A DNA stretch of 64,000 bases from Candidatus Multivoradales bacterium. Lineage in GTDB: Bacteria > Acidobacteriota > Thermoanaerobaculia > Multivoradales > Multivoraceae. Both the position numbers and the translations under genes were made by a program. A model generated the notes under the pieces. The model had not been told where the DNA came from and made no database searches. It was given only the letters and a program-made list of their open reading frames with translations. This document shows, one piece after another, positions 1-10,718 of the stretch (positions are counted from its first letter, which is position 1; every line of letters starts with the position of its first letter). The stretch spans positions 448,001 through 512,000 of the forward strand of contig CBDCWI010000002.1 in NCBI GenBank assembly GCA_965223325.1, read 5' to 3'.

Positions 1-1037
1 TGGTTCTTCGACTTGTTGAGGAGGTCGGGCACCCGCAGGATGCGAAGGCGGTCATCGAAGAACGCAATCCCACGGTTCTCGATTTCGCCGATCAGCGCTT
101 CGACTTCGTTGAGCCGATGCCTGAACTCGCGGTCCATGTCCTCGCGGTAGAGAGCAACCTGACGCTCGAGATCGTCCAGAGTCTCGAAGTCACCGGCGAG
201 CAGCTCGAGGCGCTGGTCGCCAACCGTAGATTGCTCGGCGACCAGCTTCAGACCGACGTGGAGCGGGTTCTCCAACTTGAGGCGCAACCGTTCGCGTTCG
301 TCGAGGGTTTCATTGACAAAGGCGAGGAGCTCCTCGAACGCCGCGTCCTCTTCCCCCGCCTCAATAGCGCGCAATGCCCGCCGCCCACTGAGGGCAAACA
401 CCGTGGGATCGAAGCCCAGGAGACTGTTGGCACTCTCACGAACAAAGCGCACCACCTGATCGATCTCGTCCTGGCGTTCGAGGATGTCGATCTTGTTGAC
501 CAACACGACGACCTTCTTGCCCCACTCCCGCAGGCCTTGCATGAAGGCACGCTCGCTCTCGGTGAACGGGCGATCGGCCGAGGTCACGAACAGCACCAGG
601 TCGGCGCGCGGTACGAAACGCCGCGTCAGCGCCTCATGCTCACGGTCGATGGCGTTGGTGCCCGGAGTGTCGACGAGGTGGATCTGCCGCAGGAGCTCGA
701 TCGGCGCTTCGATGATCGTGTAGCCGTCTTCGGCGACCCGCCGGTCCACCGCGTCGCCGTAGCGCAGAAGATGCACCTGGCCGGTCGTCGGAGTTACGCC
801 CTGTTCGAGGAGGTCCTGACCGATCAGAGCGTTGAGAAGCACGCTCTTGCCGGCGTTGAACTCCCCCACCACGACCAGGAGGAACAACTCGTCGAGCTGC
901 CGGAGAGAATCCGCCAACGCCTCCTGGCTCGGCGTCGGCGCACCCGCCGCCGCCAGCGACGCGCGCAAGTCACCGAGCGTCACGCGCAGGTCGGACAAGA
1001 GGGTTTCGGAGTCACGCTCCAGGATTTTTCGCAGCAT
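1..1037 (-). CDS. Dynamin-family (BDLP/FZO-like) GTPase, truncated by window start
   Basis: Read by hand on the minus strand from ATG at 1037: MLRKILERD...LFLLVVVGEFNAGKSVLLNALIG...GVTPTT (G1/G2), DTPG (G3), NKID (G4). Absent from the ORF track because it runs off the window; the + strand ORF 117..1064 is its antisense shadow. Confidence 0.88.
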   Translation of the reverse strand, partial: MLRKILERDSETLLSDLRVTLGDLRASLAAAGAPTPSQEALADSLRQLDELFLLVVVGEFNAGKSVLLNALIGQDLLEQGVTPTTGQVHLLRYGDAVDRRVAEDGYTIIEAPIELLRQIHLVDTPGTNAIDREHEALTRRFVPRADLVLFVTSADRPFTESERAFMQGLREWGKKVVVLVNKIDILERQDEIDQVVRFVRESANSLLGFDPTVFALSGRRALRAIEAGEEDAAFEELLAFVNETLDERERLRLKLENPLHVGLKLVAEQSTVGDQRLELLAGDFETLDDLERQVALYREDMDREFRHRLNEVEALIGEIENRGIAFFDDRLRILRVPDLLNKSKN

Positions 1038-1158
1038 GGGGCTCTAGGGATTCTCGCGCAGTAGCGGCAGGCGTTTCCTGACGCTATCCCATCGCCCTAC
1101 CCGATTCGTGCTCGGGGAGTGCCCCACCACGGCACAAATGCAAACCGCAAGCGCCCTC

Positions 1159-2016
1159 TCAGGGAACTGCGCGGCTCCAGTCCGCCAGCGACGGGTCTTC
1201 GAAGCCCGAACTGAAGAGCGGCGGCACTCCGGCAAACGTCCAGCTGACGATGTACTGCGGCTGGTAGCAGAGACCGGTGCCGGCGGTGAAGCCAACGTAG
1301 ATCTCGTCGTTGTCGTCGTAGATTCCGAGAGCGTCGATGTCGACGGCTGCTTCGAGCTCTGTCTGACCGTCGAGTTGTACCTCGATCTGGCCGGCGGCGT
1401 AGGTGATGGTCACCGTGCGCTCGGACCCCCGCAATGAGCTCGCCGGGCTTGCCAGGGCCAGCGTGGCAACGGGCGATGAGAGGTTTGGATCGGTGCCCAT
1501 GGACTGCACGGCGATGTGGTTGCCGTCGGGCTCCATGAACTCGACCGTGTTGTGCCAGGTGTCGATCTCGACCACCAGGCTGTTGGGAATTCCGTCGACG
1601 CCTTCGCCGGTGCCGTAGCCGATACCGATCCCCGAGCCACCGATCGCTTCGAGGTCGTTGCTCTGCATAACGAAGGCGATGCCATCACCCGGCCGGTTGA
1701 CACACACCGGTTCCTCGGAGGGGAATTGCGGTTCTTCGATGCGATAGGTGAACGTGGTCACGAAACCGTTCTCGAGCGACACCGGAGTGTTGAACCAGAC
1801 CGCTCCAACCTCGTAGGTCACCTCGTCGGTCAGGCGGACTTCACCACCGACCTGGGCGGCATCGGAAACCAGTGTGAGGTCCGAGACGTCGGTAAAGTCC
1901 GGCTTGTCGACGAAATCCTGGGCAACGGCAGGCGACAGAGTCGCGCCGAGAATGAGCAGAGCGGCAAGAACGTACAGCGATGGCACGCCTCTCCCTGCTT
2001 CTACACGTAAACGCAT
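1159..2016 (-). CDS. Secreted legume(L)-type lectin domain protein with C-terminal LFSSGFE..WS tail
   Basis: Signal peptide ending PAVA|Q; L-lectin motifs GAVWF, GDGIAFV, GIGYG, VEIDTWHN, YVGFTAGTG; AGGAGA RBS upstream of ATG 2016. Confidence 0.8.
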   Translation of the reverse strand: MRLRVEAGRGVPSLYVLAALLILGATLSPAVAQDFVDKPDFTDVSDLTLVSDAAQVGGEVRLTDEVTYEVGAVWFNTPVSLENGFVTTFTYRIEEPQFPSEEPVCVNRPGDGIAFVMQSNDLEAIGGSGIGIGYGTGEGVDGIPNSLVVEIDTWHNTVEFMEPDGNHIAVQSMGTDPNLSSPVATLALASPASSLRGSERTVTITYAAGQIEVQLDGQTELEAAVDIDALGIYDDNDEIYVGFTAGTGLCYQPQYIVSWTFAGVPPLFSSGFEDPSLADWSRAVP

Positions 2017-2190
2017 GGAAGGTCTCCTTGATCGGGGATGTCTATAGAGCGATCGCAATACTACCGAAGACTGGTAACGGCCGATGCAACGAATCGGAGG
2101 ATCAACAGGAACGTCGTATTCTCCCTCGCAGGAGAACAGGCCCCGAGCACCAACCCCACCCCTTATCGAAACGGTACGATCGCCTCGCCG

Positions 2191-3021
2191 ATGAGCAATC
2201 CCGACGCCCCACAACCAGACGACGAAGCGCGCCGAGAGAAGACGGCCTCTCCACCCGCGCCAGGCAAGACCAGCTTCGGCTGGCCGGCCGCCTTCACCGT
2301 CGTCGCGATCGCGATTCTCGGTGTGGCGCTGTGGGTGTTCGAAGCGATCCGTTCAGTGCCAGGAGACGTGGTCGAAAGTGGTCGCGCGGTGCTCTCCGAT
2401 CTCACCGACCTGGCGCGGGCCTTCAACGAGGGCCATGTCGAGACCTCGTTTCTGAGCTATGCCACCGAAGTCTCGGGCAACACCTACCTGCAGTTCGCCA
2501 CCCTCGACCAGACTGAAGTCTTCGAGCGCACCGACCATGCCTCGACACTCTGGGGGCAGCTCGAACTCCCTGAAGTCGTCGTGCACGCCACCGCCCCGGT
2601 GACCTATACCTATTACCTCGACCTCGAAGGCGCCTGGCACTTTCAGGTCGAAGGCAACCAGGTCAAGGTCAGTGCGCCACCGATTCGCTTCAACAAGCCG
2701 GCGGTCGACATCTCACAACTCGAGTTCCGAGTGTCGAGTGGCAGCTTGTTCCGTGACGAAGAGGCCGCGACCGAGGCGTTGCGTGCCGGCATCACGGCGA
2801 TGGCCCGCCGCAAGGCGCAAGAGAACACCGACCTGGTGCGCGAGGTCGGACGACGACGCACCGAGGAGTTCATCGCCACCTGGCTCCTCGAGAGCTTCGC
2901 CGAACCCGACGTGCCGTGGGACGTCGAGGTGCACTTCGCCGATGAAGATGTGCCCATCCTCCAGGCACCGACCATCGACAACGGCTCGCGCCTCATCGAG
3001 CCGGGCGAAGGCCCGCGCTAG
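2191..3021 (+). CDS. Membrane-anchored protein of unknown function (DUF4230-like)
   Basis: One N-terminal TM helix followed by a beta-rich domain (YTYYLDL..., VSAPP) and a helical tail; family assignment is tentative. Confidence 0.55.
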   Translation: MSNPDAPQPDDEARREKTASPPAPGKTSFGWPAAFTVVAIAILGVALWVFEAIRSVPGDVVESGRAVLSDLTDLARAFNEGHVETSFLSYATEVSGNTYLQFATLDQTEVFERTDHASTLWGQLELPEVVVHATAPVTYTYYLDLEGAWHFQVEGNQVKVSAPPIRFNKPAVDISQLEFRVSSGSLFRDEEAATEALRAGITAMARRKAQENTDLVREVGRRRTEEFIATWLLESFAEPDVPWDVEVHFADEDVPILQAPTIDNGSRLIEPGEGPR

Positions 3022-3054
3022 GCCCCTCTGCTCCCCTGCCGCGAACCGAGATTC

Positions 3055-4320
3055 ATGCTGCCCCGTTTCGAAGACCGCAAGGCGCTCGAGCGCCACCAGG
3101 AAAAGCGCCTCTGCGATCTTCTTCGTGGAGCTCTGCGCAGCAACCAGTTCATACGCAACAAGCTCGGCCGGCTCGAGCGACCGCCAAGCCTCGAGGACCT
3201 CCGCCACCTGCCGCTCACCACCAAGGGTGAGCTGGTTGCCGACCAGGCCAACAACCCGCCGTGGGGAACCAACCTCACCTTCGAACTGCGTGACTACACC
3301 CGCCACCACCGCACCTCTGGAACGGCAGGCCAGCCCATGCACTGGCTCGACACGCGCGACAGCTGGAGCTGGTTTCTCGAGTGCTGGCGCGAAGTTCTCG
3401 CCCGCGCACGCTTCACCGGCCGTGAACGCATCTTCTTCGCCTTCTCCTTCGGCCCCTTTATCGGCTTCTGGGGAGCCTACGAAGCCGCGCAGCTCGACGG
3501 CATGATGGTGATGACCGGCGGAGCGATGACTGGAAGTCAGCGACTCGATGCACTCACCCACCAGCGCGCCACGTCGCTCGTGTGCACGCCGACCTATGCG
3601 CTCCATCTCGCCAGCCTCGCCAAAGACCGGGGACTCGACCTTGCCAGCTCCGATGTAGAGCGCATCCTCTGCGCTGGTGAGCCTGGGGCAAGCGTTCCCA
3701 ACGTGCGCCAGCGCATCGAAGAGGCCTGGGGAGCGCGCGTTTACGACCACGCCGGTGCCACGGAACTCGGCGCCTGGGGAGCGCCAGGCGACCAACCGGA
3801 TTCGCTGGTCGTCCTCGAAAGCGAGTTCATTGCTGAAGTCATCGACCCGGAGACCGCGGAGCCGGCTCAACCGGACAAGGATGGCAAACGGCACGGGGAG
3901 CTCGTTTTGACGAACCTCGGTCGCGAATGCTCGCCGCTCATTCGCTACCGCACCGGCGACCTCGTAGCCCTCGAGAACGAAACGGAGGGCCAGCAACCTC
4001 TCGCCCGACTGCACGGCGGAGTCCTTGGCCGCGCCGACGACATGTTGATCGTACGCGGCGTCAACGTCTACCCCAGCGCCATCGACGACATCGTGCGCTC
4101 CATCCCGGAGATCGTCGAGTATCGAATCACGGTCGACCGGCGCGGCGAGCTCATCGAACTCAACGCTGAAGTCGAAGCACCCGAAGACGCCGCCGCACAT
4201 CTCGCCAACCGTTTTCACCAACGCCTCGCGCTGCGCATTCCGGTGACCACCGTCGCAGCCGACAGCCTGCCGCGCTTCGAGCTCAAGGCGAAACGCTGGC
4301 AAGACAAAGACGCCTCTTAA
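3055..4320 (+). CDS. Phenylacetate-CoA ligase family (PaaK-like) adenylate-forming enzyme
   Basis: LPLTTK, TSGTAGQP, CTPTYALHL, AGEPG, GATE, PLIRYRTGD, GRADDMLIVRGVNVYPS motifs. Confidence 0.88.
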   Translation: MLPRFEDRKALERHQEKRLCDLLRGALRSNQFIRNKLGRLERPPSLEDLRHLPLTTKGELVADQANNPPWGTNLTFELRDYTRHHRTSGTAGQPMHWLDTRDSWSWFLECWREVLARARFTGRERIFFAFSFGPFIGFWGAYEAAQLDGMMVMTGGAMTGSQRLDALTHQRATSLVCTPTYALHLASLAKDRGLDLASSDVERILCAGEPGASVPNVRQRIEEAWGARVYDHAGATELGAWGAPGDQPDSLVVLESEFIAEVIDPETAEPAQPDKDGKRHGELVLTNLGRECSPLIRYRTGDLVALENETEGQQPLARLHGGVLGRADDMLIVRGVNVYPSAIDDIVRSIPEIVEYRITVDRRGELIELNAEVEAPEDAAAHLANRFHQRLALRIPVTTVAADSLPRFELKAKRWQDKDAS

Positions 4321-4347
4321 GGCCAACGCCTCAGAGAGACACCGCGC

Positions 4348-5235
<888 letters not shown>

Positions 5236-5760
5236 CCGAACGAGCACCGCGTTCGAAGTCGGTAAACGGCTCGCGGCCGTCAAGCGATGCCTCGATCGAG
5301 GCCAACGGGCGGCCCTACCCAAGCCAGGCCCAACAATCCAGCCACCAACGCACCGCCCACCCTGCATCAAGAGAGATCCCCGTCCGTCGTGATGCGGGTG
5401 AGTGCGTGGGCGACGGTCCAGGGTGCTCTTCGTGGCCGAACGACCTAAGGGCAAACGACCCACAGCCGTCAAGCCATGCATCGATCACGGCCAACGGGCG
5501 GCCCTACCCAAGCCTGGCCCAACAATCCAGCCGCCAACGCACCGCCCACCCTGCATCAAGAGAGACCCCCGTCCGTCGTGATGACGCGAGAGCGCGGGTG
5601 AGTGCGTGGGCGACGGTCCAGGGTGCTCTTGGCGGCCGAACGAGCACCGTGTTCGAAGGCGGTAAACCACCCGCGGCCGTCAAGCGCAGGCGACGCTACC
5701 CAAGGCAGGCTCAGCAAGCGTCGCCGTGCCCAGGACCGTCGCCCACGCACTCACCCGCGC
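5236..5760. repeat. ~200-bp imperfect tandem repeat (2 full + 1 partial unit) with a 28-bp inverted repeat; REP/MITE-like
   Basis: Units begin CCGAACGA at 5236, 5436 and 5636. GCGCGGGTGAGTGCGTGGGCGACGGTCC (5592-5619) is the exact reverse complement of 5733-5760; a further direct copy lies at 5394-5419. Confidence 0.85.
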
Positions 5761-5804
5761 GGCGACCCCCCAAGCCCAACCATCAACCAAGAACAACAAA
5801 AGCG

Positions 5805-7337
5805 TCAAGGACGGAGATCGAACCCCACCATTTCACGCGCGTTACGAACCAGCAGAACCCCGTCACCAGCAACCGCAGGAACGTTCCAGGTCTTGCCCGA
5901 AACCGCATCCATCGAAACCAACTCCTCATGCCGCTCCGGGCTAGCCCGAACCAGCACCAACCGCCCCCGCTCCGTCGAAACCAACAAAACATGCTCACCA
6001 GACTCAGCCGAGCGCATCAGCAACACCTGCCCGTGACCATACCGCCCGCCCTTCCAGAGCCGCTTGCCAGTGCGCACTTCGACCGCCGCCAGAATCCCCT
6101 CGTCGAGCCCATAGACAACATCGTCAAGCAGAACCGAGCTCGAGAACTTGTTCTTCATCGTGTTCTCGAACCACACTTCGCGTGCCTCGAGGTCCTTGCC
6201 ATCACCCAGCAGCTCCACCAACGCCGCGCCCTTCCCGTAGCCCGACGAAATGAACACATGCCGCTCGTCGACCACGATCGGTTGCGCTGCGTTGACGTCG
6301 TACTGCGTTGCCCACGGCGTGCTCCACAGGAGCTCACCCCGAGTCGTCGTACCGAGTAGGCGCTCCGCCGTCACCAGGAGGAGCTGCTCACGCCCAGCCA
6401 GCTCAACCCGCATCGGCGCAACGTAGGCCGCGCGGTCGTTGAGCGCTTTCCAGGACACCTGCCCGGTGCGCGCGTCGTAGGCCACCATCCCATGCCCCGC
6501 GCCACCTGGGAGCACGACCACCTCCTGGGCCCCCGAACTCCCCACCTGAACCAAAGGAGACGCAGCCATACCCCATTCGATGTTGCTCGCCCCCGCATCC
6601 TCGAGAATGTTCGTACGCCAGCGCAGCGTCCCGGTCTCGAGATCGAGCGCGCGCAGCTCACCACTGGCGCCGAGGGCGTACAACGTATCGCCCGAAACCG
6701 CCGGCGTTGAGCGCGGACCGTCGCCACCCATCGACTCCGAGAACCGGTTCGGCCACGAGTCGACCCAGAGTTCCGCGCCAGACATCACGTCATAGGCCGC
6801 CACCACCTCCTGGTCGCGCCGCTGCTCGAGCGTGAAGGCTCGCCCGTCAGCCGCAACGAACGAGCCGTAGCCATCACCGATCGGCTGCCGCCAGAGCTCC
6901 TCCGGCGGCCGCTTCCCCCAATCCGTCCGCACCGGCTGTGAGACCACTCCCGAGAACCCGACGCCACGGTACGTTGGCCACGAAGGAGCAACGTTCCTCG
7001 CCACCGCCGCGCTGTCTGCAGTTGCCGGCTCGACAATCGCCACCGGCGCCTCGCCCTCGACGTCGACGTCGTAGGTCTCGTTCGCGAGCGGCGCCAGCGC
7101 GACCTTTGCACCATTGACCGCCTCATCGGCCGACTCGCCGAGGGCATCCCCAGCCTGCAGTTCCCGATGGGCCTCGAGGCGCTCATAGTGCTCCTCGGCG
7201 TCGGGCCCGAAGCTGACCACCGGCAGCCACGACGTGCCACCGATTTCAACCCGCATCCCAAACACAAAAACGAGCACCATCGCAGCCAGGCCCAGGACCA
7301 GGGCCGCACCGACAACGAACTTCACAAGACGTTTCAT
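5805..7337 (-). CDS. PQQ-like (BamB-type) beta-propeller repeat protein, membrane anchored
   Basis: N-terminal TM helix, WPTYRG, GPRSTP, repeated (A/V)xDxxTGxxxW tryptophan-docking motifs. Confidence 0.85.
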   Translation of the reverse strand: MKRLVKFVVGAALVLGLAAMVLVFVFGMRVEIGGTSWLPVVSFGPDAEEHYERLEAHRELQAGDALGESADEAVNGAKVALAPLANETYDVDVEGEAPVAIVEPATADSAAVARNVAPSWPTYRGVGFSGVVSQPVRTDWGKRPPEELWRQPIGDGYGSFVAADGRAFTLEQRRDQEVVAAYDVMSGAELWVDSWPNRFSESMGGDGPRSTPAVSGDTLYALGASGELRALDLETGTLRWRTNILEDAGASNIEWGMAASPLVQVGSSGAQEVVVLPGGAGHGMVAYDARTGQVSWKALNDRAAYVAPMRVELAGREQLLLVTAERLLGTTTRGELLWSTPWATQYDVNAAQPIVVDERHVFISSGYGKGAALVELLGDGKDLEAREVWFENTMKNKFSSSVLLDDVVYGLDEGILAAVEVRTGKRLWKGGRYGHGQVLLMRSAESGEHVLLVSTERGRLVLVRASPERHEELVSMDAVSGKTWNVPAVAGDGVLLVRNAREMVGFDLRP

Positions 7338-7433
7338 ACGCAAACTATACGAGCCCCACCGCCCCCAGGGTTCGCCCCCGCCTTCAGGGCAACTCGCTAG
7401 CCCCCTCCAGCCGTCGAGCCATCACGAGGGGCC

Positions 7434-9455
7434 TCACGCCGGTTGCAGGCGCGGCACGACAAGAACAAAGGCCAGGAACAAGAACGCGCCCAGAACATTC
7501 GCCCAGGACAACGAGATGACCCCCGCCAGCTCGAGATCGACCCCGGGAAACAGCAAGAGCGCAGCAGCAGCCAGCGCCACGAGGCGGGGAATCCACTCGA
7601 GGGAGCGCCCATAGAAGCCAGCAATCCCGACCGCGAGAGCGAAAATCCCGACCACCGCAATGGTCACCGCACCAACCACCGACAGCACCGAAACCGAACC
7701 GCCGTCCGGGCCCATGAGAAGTAGCTGCGGCCTGAAAACGAACAGGAACGGCAGCGTGAACCCCACCAGCGCGAACCGAAAAGCTGCCAGACCCGCTCGC
7801 ATGATGTCGGCCTCGGCAATCGACGCGGCGGCGTAGGCCGCCAGAGCCACCGGCGGCGTCACCATCGACATCATGCCGAAATAGAAGATGAACATGTGTG
7901 CCGCCAGCGGTGGCACCCCCAGGCTCCCGAGCACCGGCCCGATCAACGTCGCCATCAGGAGATAGCAAACCGCCGACGGCAACCCCATGCCGAGCACGAT
8001 CGAACAAGCCATGATGATCACCAGGGCGAGCATCAAACTGTCCTCCGCTAGCGGAAGGAGCATCGCCGGCAGCTTGTTGCCAATTCCAGTCAACGTCACC
8101 ACTCCGAGCACGATACCCACCGAAGACGCTGCCGCGACCAGGGGAACCGCCCCGCGGGCCGTCTTTAGAAGCGCGTCGATCACCTCGCGAGCACCAATGC
8201 GAGTGCGCGGCGAAACCAGCGACAGGAGCACGATGACGACGAGGGCGACCGTCACCGCGCGAAAGACCGTGTAGCGCATGATCAAGAGCGCGATCAGAAC
8301 ACCGAGAGCACCAAAGAACACAACCCCCGCCCAGGCCGCCGGCGGATCCGTTTCCATCGCGTCACCTTCGTCGGTCCCCTCCGCGGCCGCCACCCGGCGC
8401 GAAGTCAAGTGGACGATGAAGAACAGCGAAAGGTAGTACAAGATCGCGGGAATGAGCGCTGCTCGAACGATCTCGAGATAGGTCACTGCGGGTTCGATGA
8501 TCTCGAGCATCATGTAGGCCGCCGCACCCATCACCGGCGGAACCAGTGCACCACCTGAGCTCGCCGCCGCTTCGACTCCGGCTGCGACGTGACGCTTGAA
8601 GCCTCCAGAACGCATCAACGGAATGGTGAACGCGCCGGTGGTCGCCGTGTTGGCCACCGCACTTCCCGAAAGCGAACCCATCAACCCACTCGACAGCACC
8701 GAAACCTTCGCCGCCCCGCCCACCGAGTTGCGAAACAGGCGCCTTGCACCGTCGATCACGAAGCCGATGGCACCGGTGGCCTCGAGTAGCGCGCCGAACA
8801 ATACGAATAGAAAGACATAGGTGAACATCACCTTGAGCGCGATGCCGAAGACCCCCTGACTGTGAAGGAACGTCTGCGAGACGATCCGCTCCCAGTCATA
8901 GCCCCGATGGGGAAAGAGCCAGTCGGGAAAGTGAGAACCGAGACTGGCGTAGGCGAGGAAGGCGACGGCGAGAATAGGAAGCGCCAGGCCGACCGCGCGT
9001 CGAGTTGCCTCGAGCACCACCAGCACGCCCAGCGCCCCGACCAGGTAGTCGAGCTGCGTCTCAGCGCCCGCGCGCGCACCGAGGCTCTGCGCCCCTCCCC
9101 ACCAACGTTCGAACATGGGTTCGTTCGAAACCAGCACGTAACCACACACGAAGACCGAGACGACGACCAGCAACCAGTCGACGGCGGCGGCCGCGCGGGA
9201 AGCGCCCCAACGCTTCGACATCGGCATCGACAGAAAGCACTGAATGAGGCCAAGCATCGCGAACACGGCGAGCTGAGACTGCGGTCCCAGGTTCGGGTAG
9301 TTGACCTCAGCGAGAACGAAGGCGGCCAGCAGAATGGCGGCGACCACCAGGACGCCTCGCCGCAAGCCGCCCTCTGAGCCTGCAGGCGCACCCGTGCCGG
9401 GCGGCGCACTAGAAGGAGGTGCACTCGAAGAAGGTGTCTGAGACTTCGCCGTCAT
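7434..9455 (-). CDS. TRAP transporter fused permease (4TM/12TM, TAXI-associated)
   Basis: Highly hydrophobic; GGAAKVSVLSSGLMGSLSGSAVAN, ASSGGALVPPVMGAAAY, LGMGLP, TPPVALAAY motifs. Confidence 0.93.
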   Translation of the reverse strand: MTAKSQTPSSSAPPSSAPPGTGAPAGSEGGLRRGVLVVAAILLAAFVLAEVNYPNLGPQSQLAVFAMLGLIQCFLSMPMSKRWGASRAAAAVDWLLVVVSVFVCGYVLVSNEPMFERWWGGAQSLGARAGAETQLDYLVGALGVLVVLEATRRAVGLALPILAVAFLAYASLGSHFPDWLFPHRGYDWERIVSQTFLHSQGVFGIALKVMFTYVFLFVLFGALLEATGAIGFVIDGARRLFRNSVGGAAKVSVLSSGLMGSLSGSAVANTATTGAFTIPLMRSGGFKRHVAAGVEAAASSGGALVPPVMGAAAYMMLEIIEPAVTYLEIVRAALIPAILYYLSLFFIVHLTSRRVAAAEGTDEGDAMETDPPAAWAGVVFFGALGVLIALLIMRYTVFRAVTVALVVIVLLSLVSPRTRIGAREVIDALLKTARGAVPLVAAASSVGIVLGVVTLTGIGNKLPAMLLPLAEDSLMLALVIIMACSIVLGMGLPSAVCYLLMATLIGPVLGSLGVPPLAAHMFIFYFGMMSMVTPPVALAAYAAASIAEADIMRAGLAAFRFALVGFTLPFLFVFRPQLLLMGPDGGSVSVLSVVGAVTIAVVGIFALAVGIAGFYGRSLEWIPRLVALAAAALLLFPGVDLELAGVISLSWANVLGAFLFLAFVLVVPRLQPA

Positions 9456-9470
9456 CGGGGCGAGCGGGGT

Positions 9471-10577
9471 TCAGTTGGCGTCGGTCGTGGCCGGTTCGGT
9501 CGCGGCCAGGTCGTCCGTCGGCCAGATCCCGATCTCACGGTAGAAGCGCACCGCGCCAGGGTGAAACGTCGTCCCGGTGTCACGCACGACGTTCTTCTCC
9601 TGGATGGCGCGACCGGCAGGGTGCATCAGAGCGACCTCTTCTCGGTTCTCCCACAACGTCCGGGTCGCTTGATAGACCATCTCCTCGTCGGCGTCGGCGG
9701 AGGTGATCAGGTGCATCGCGCCCACGTTCAACCCTTCGTAGTCGGCCTCGAGGCCGCGATAGGTGCCCGCCGGAATCGTTGCCGGCGCAAAGAAGGGATA
9801 GCCTGCAATCAGGCTCTCGCGCGCCTGTTCATCGAACGGTACGTAGTGGAGATCGCGGGTTGCAGCTGCCTGAGTGATCGACGCCGTGGGTACAGCCCCA
9901 CCCAGGAAGGCCGCGGCAGCAGAACCGTCGGCCAGGTTATCGACGGCTCCTGCCTGGGTGTTGTAGATCGGCGTGAGGTCTTCGTAGGTAAGGCCGTGCG
10001 CACCGAGGATCGGGCGCAGGAAGTACTCGAAGCCAGCCCCAGCCGGGCCAAGCACCACCCGCTTGCCGCGCAGGTCCTCGACCGCTTGAACCGGGCCGCC
10101 AGCGGGAGCGACGAACAGCGCCACATTGGGCGCCAGGGTCATCACAGCGTTGACGTCGTACCGCTCTTCCCAGCCCTCGCTGCCGCGCACCGCAAAGTAG
10201 GAGATCCCGGCGTTCGACAACGCGAAGTCGAGCTCGCCCGAGGCGAGGCGACGGATGTTCTCTTGCGAGCCCTTGGTGGCTTCGGCCGTCACATCCCAGT
10301 TGTCGTGATGGTTGTCGAGAACCTGGGCCAGGGCGCCGCCAACGACGAAGAACGCTCCGCCGGTGGGCGCCGTTCCAAGGCTGAGAAAACGACGCTTCTC
10401 CTGGTCGCCAGAGGCCGATGAAGACGCAGGGTCGCTGTCGCCGCTTCCGCCGCACCCAGAGAACATGAGGGACAGACACAACAGTAGGCTGCCCCAGGCA
10501 GCCGTCCTGTTTCCTGGGAAGGAAACGGAGGCAGGTGAATCCCGGTGCTCGGCGGCACCGCGGTGGTTCTGGGACAT
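9471..10577 (-). CDS. TAXI-family TRAP solute-binding lipoprotein
   Basis: Lipobox-like MFSGC; GTAPTGG, TKGSQENI, DLRGKRV, IPAGTY, FHPGAVRFYRE; GGAGA RBS before ATG 10577. Confidence 0.9.
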   Translation of the reverse strand: MSQNHRGAAEHRDSPASVSFPGNRTAAWGSLLLCLSLMFSGCGGSGDSDPASSSASGDQEKRRFLSLGTAPTGGAFFVVGGALAQVLDNHHDNWDVTAEATKGSQENIRRLASGELDFALSNAGISYFAVRGSEGWEERYDVNAVMTLAPNVALFVAPAGGPVQAVEDLRGKRVVLGPAGAGFEYFLRPILGAHGLTYEDLTPIYNTQAGAVDNLADGSAAAAFLGGAVPTASITQAAATRDLHYVPFDEQARESLIAGYPFFAPATIPAGTYRGLEADYEGLNVGAMHLITSADADEEMVYQATRTLWENREEVALMHPAGRAIQEKNVVRDTGTTFHPGAVRFYREIGIWPTDDLAATEPATTDAN

Positions 10578-10718
10578 GTCTGTTCTCCCGAATCGCCCTC
10601 GAACAACGGCAGGACGAGTGGCTGGATGATGAAGGGCGGACTGTAACAGCCTCACCTCGGGAGCGCCTCCTCGGTCCCCCGGCAGCCTCCCAGCACCACG
10701 CCCGGGAGAGGGCACCAC

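Noticed and set aside
117-1064. 315-aa + strand ORF
   Set aside because: Antisense shadow of the dynamin-like gene; it has no motifs of its own.
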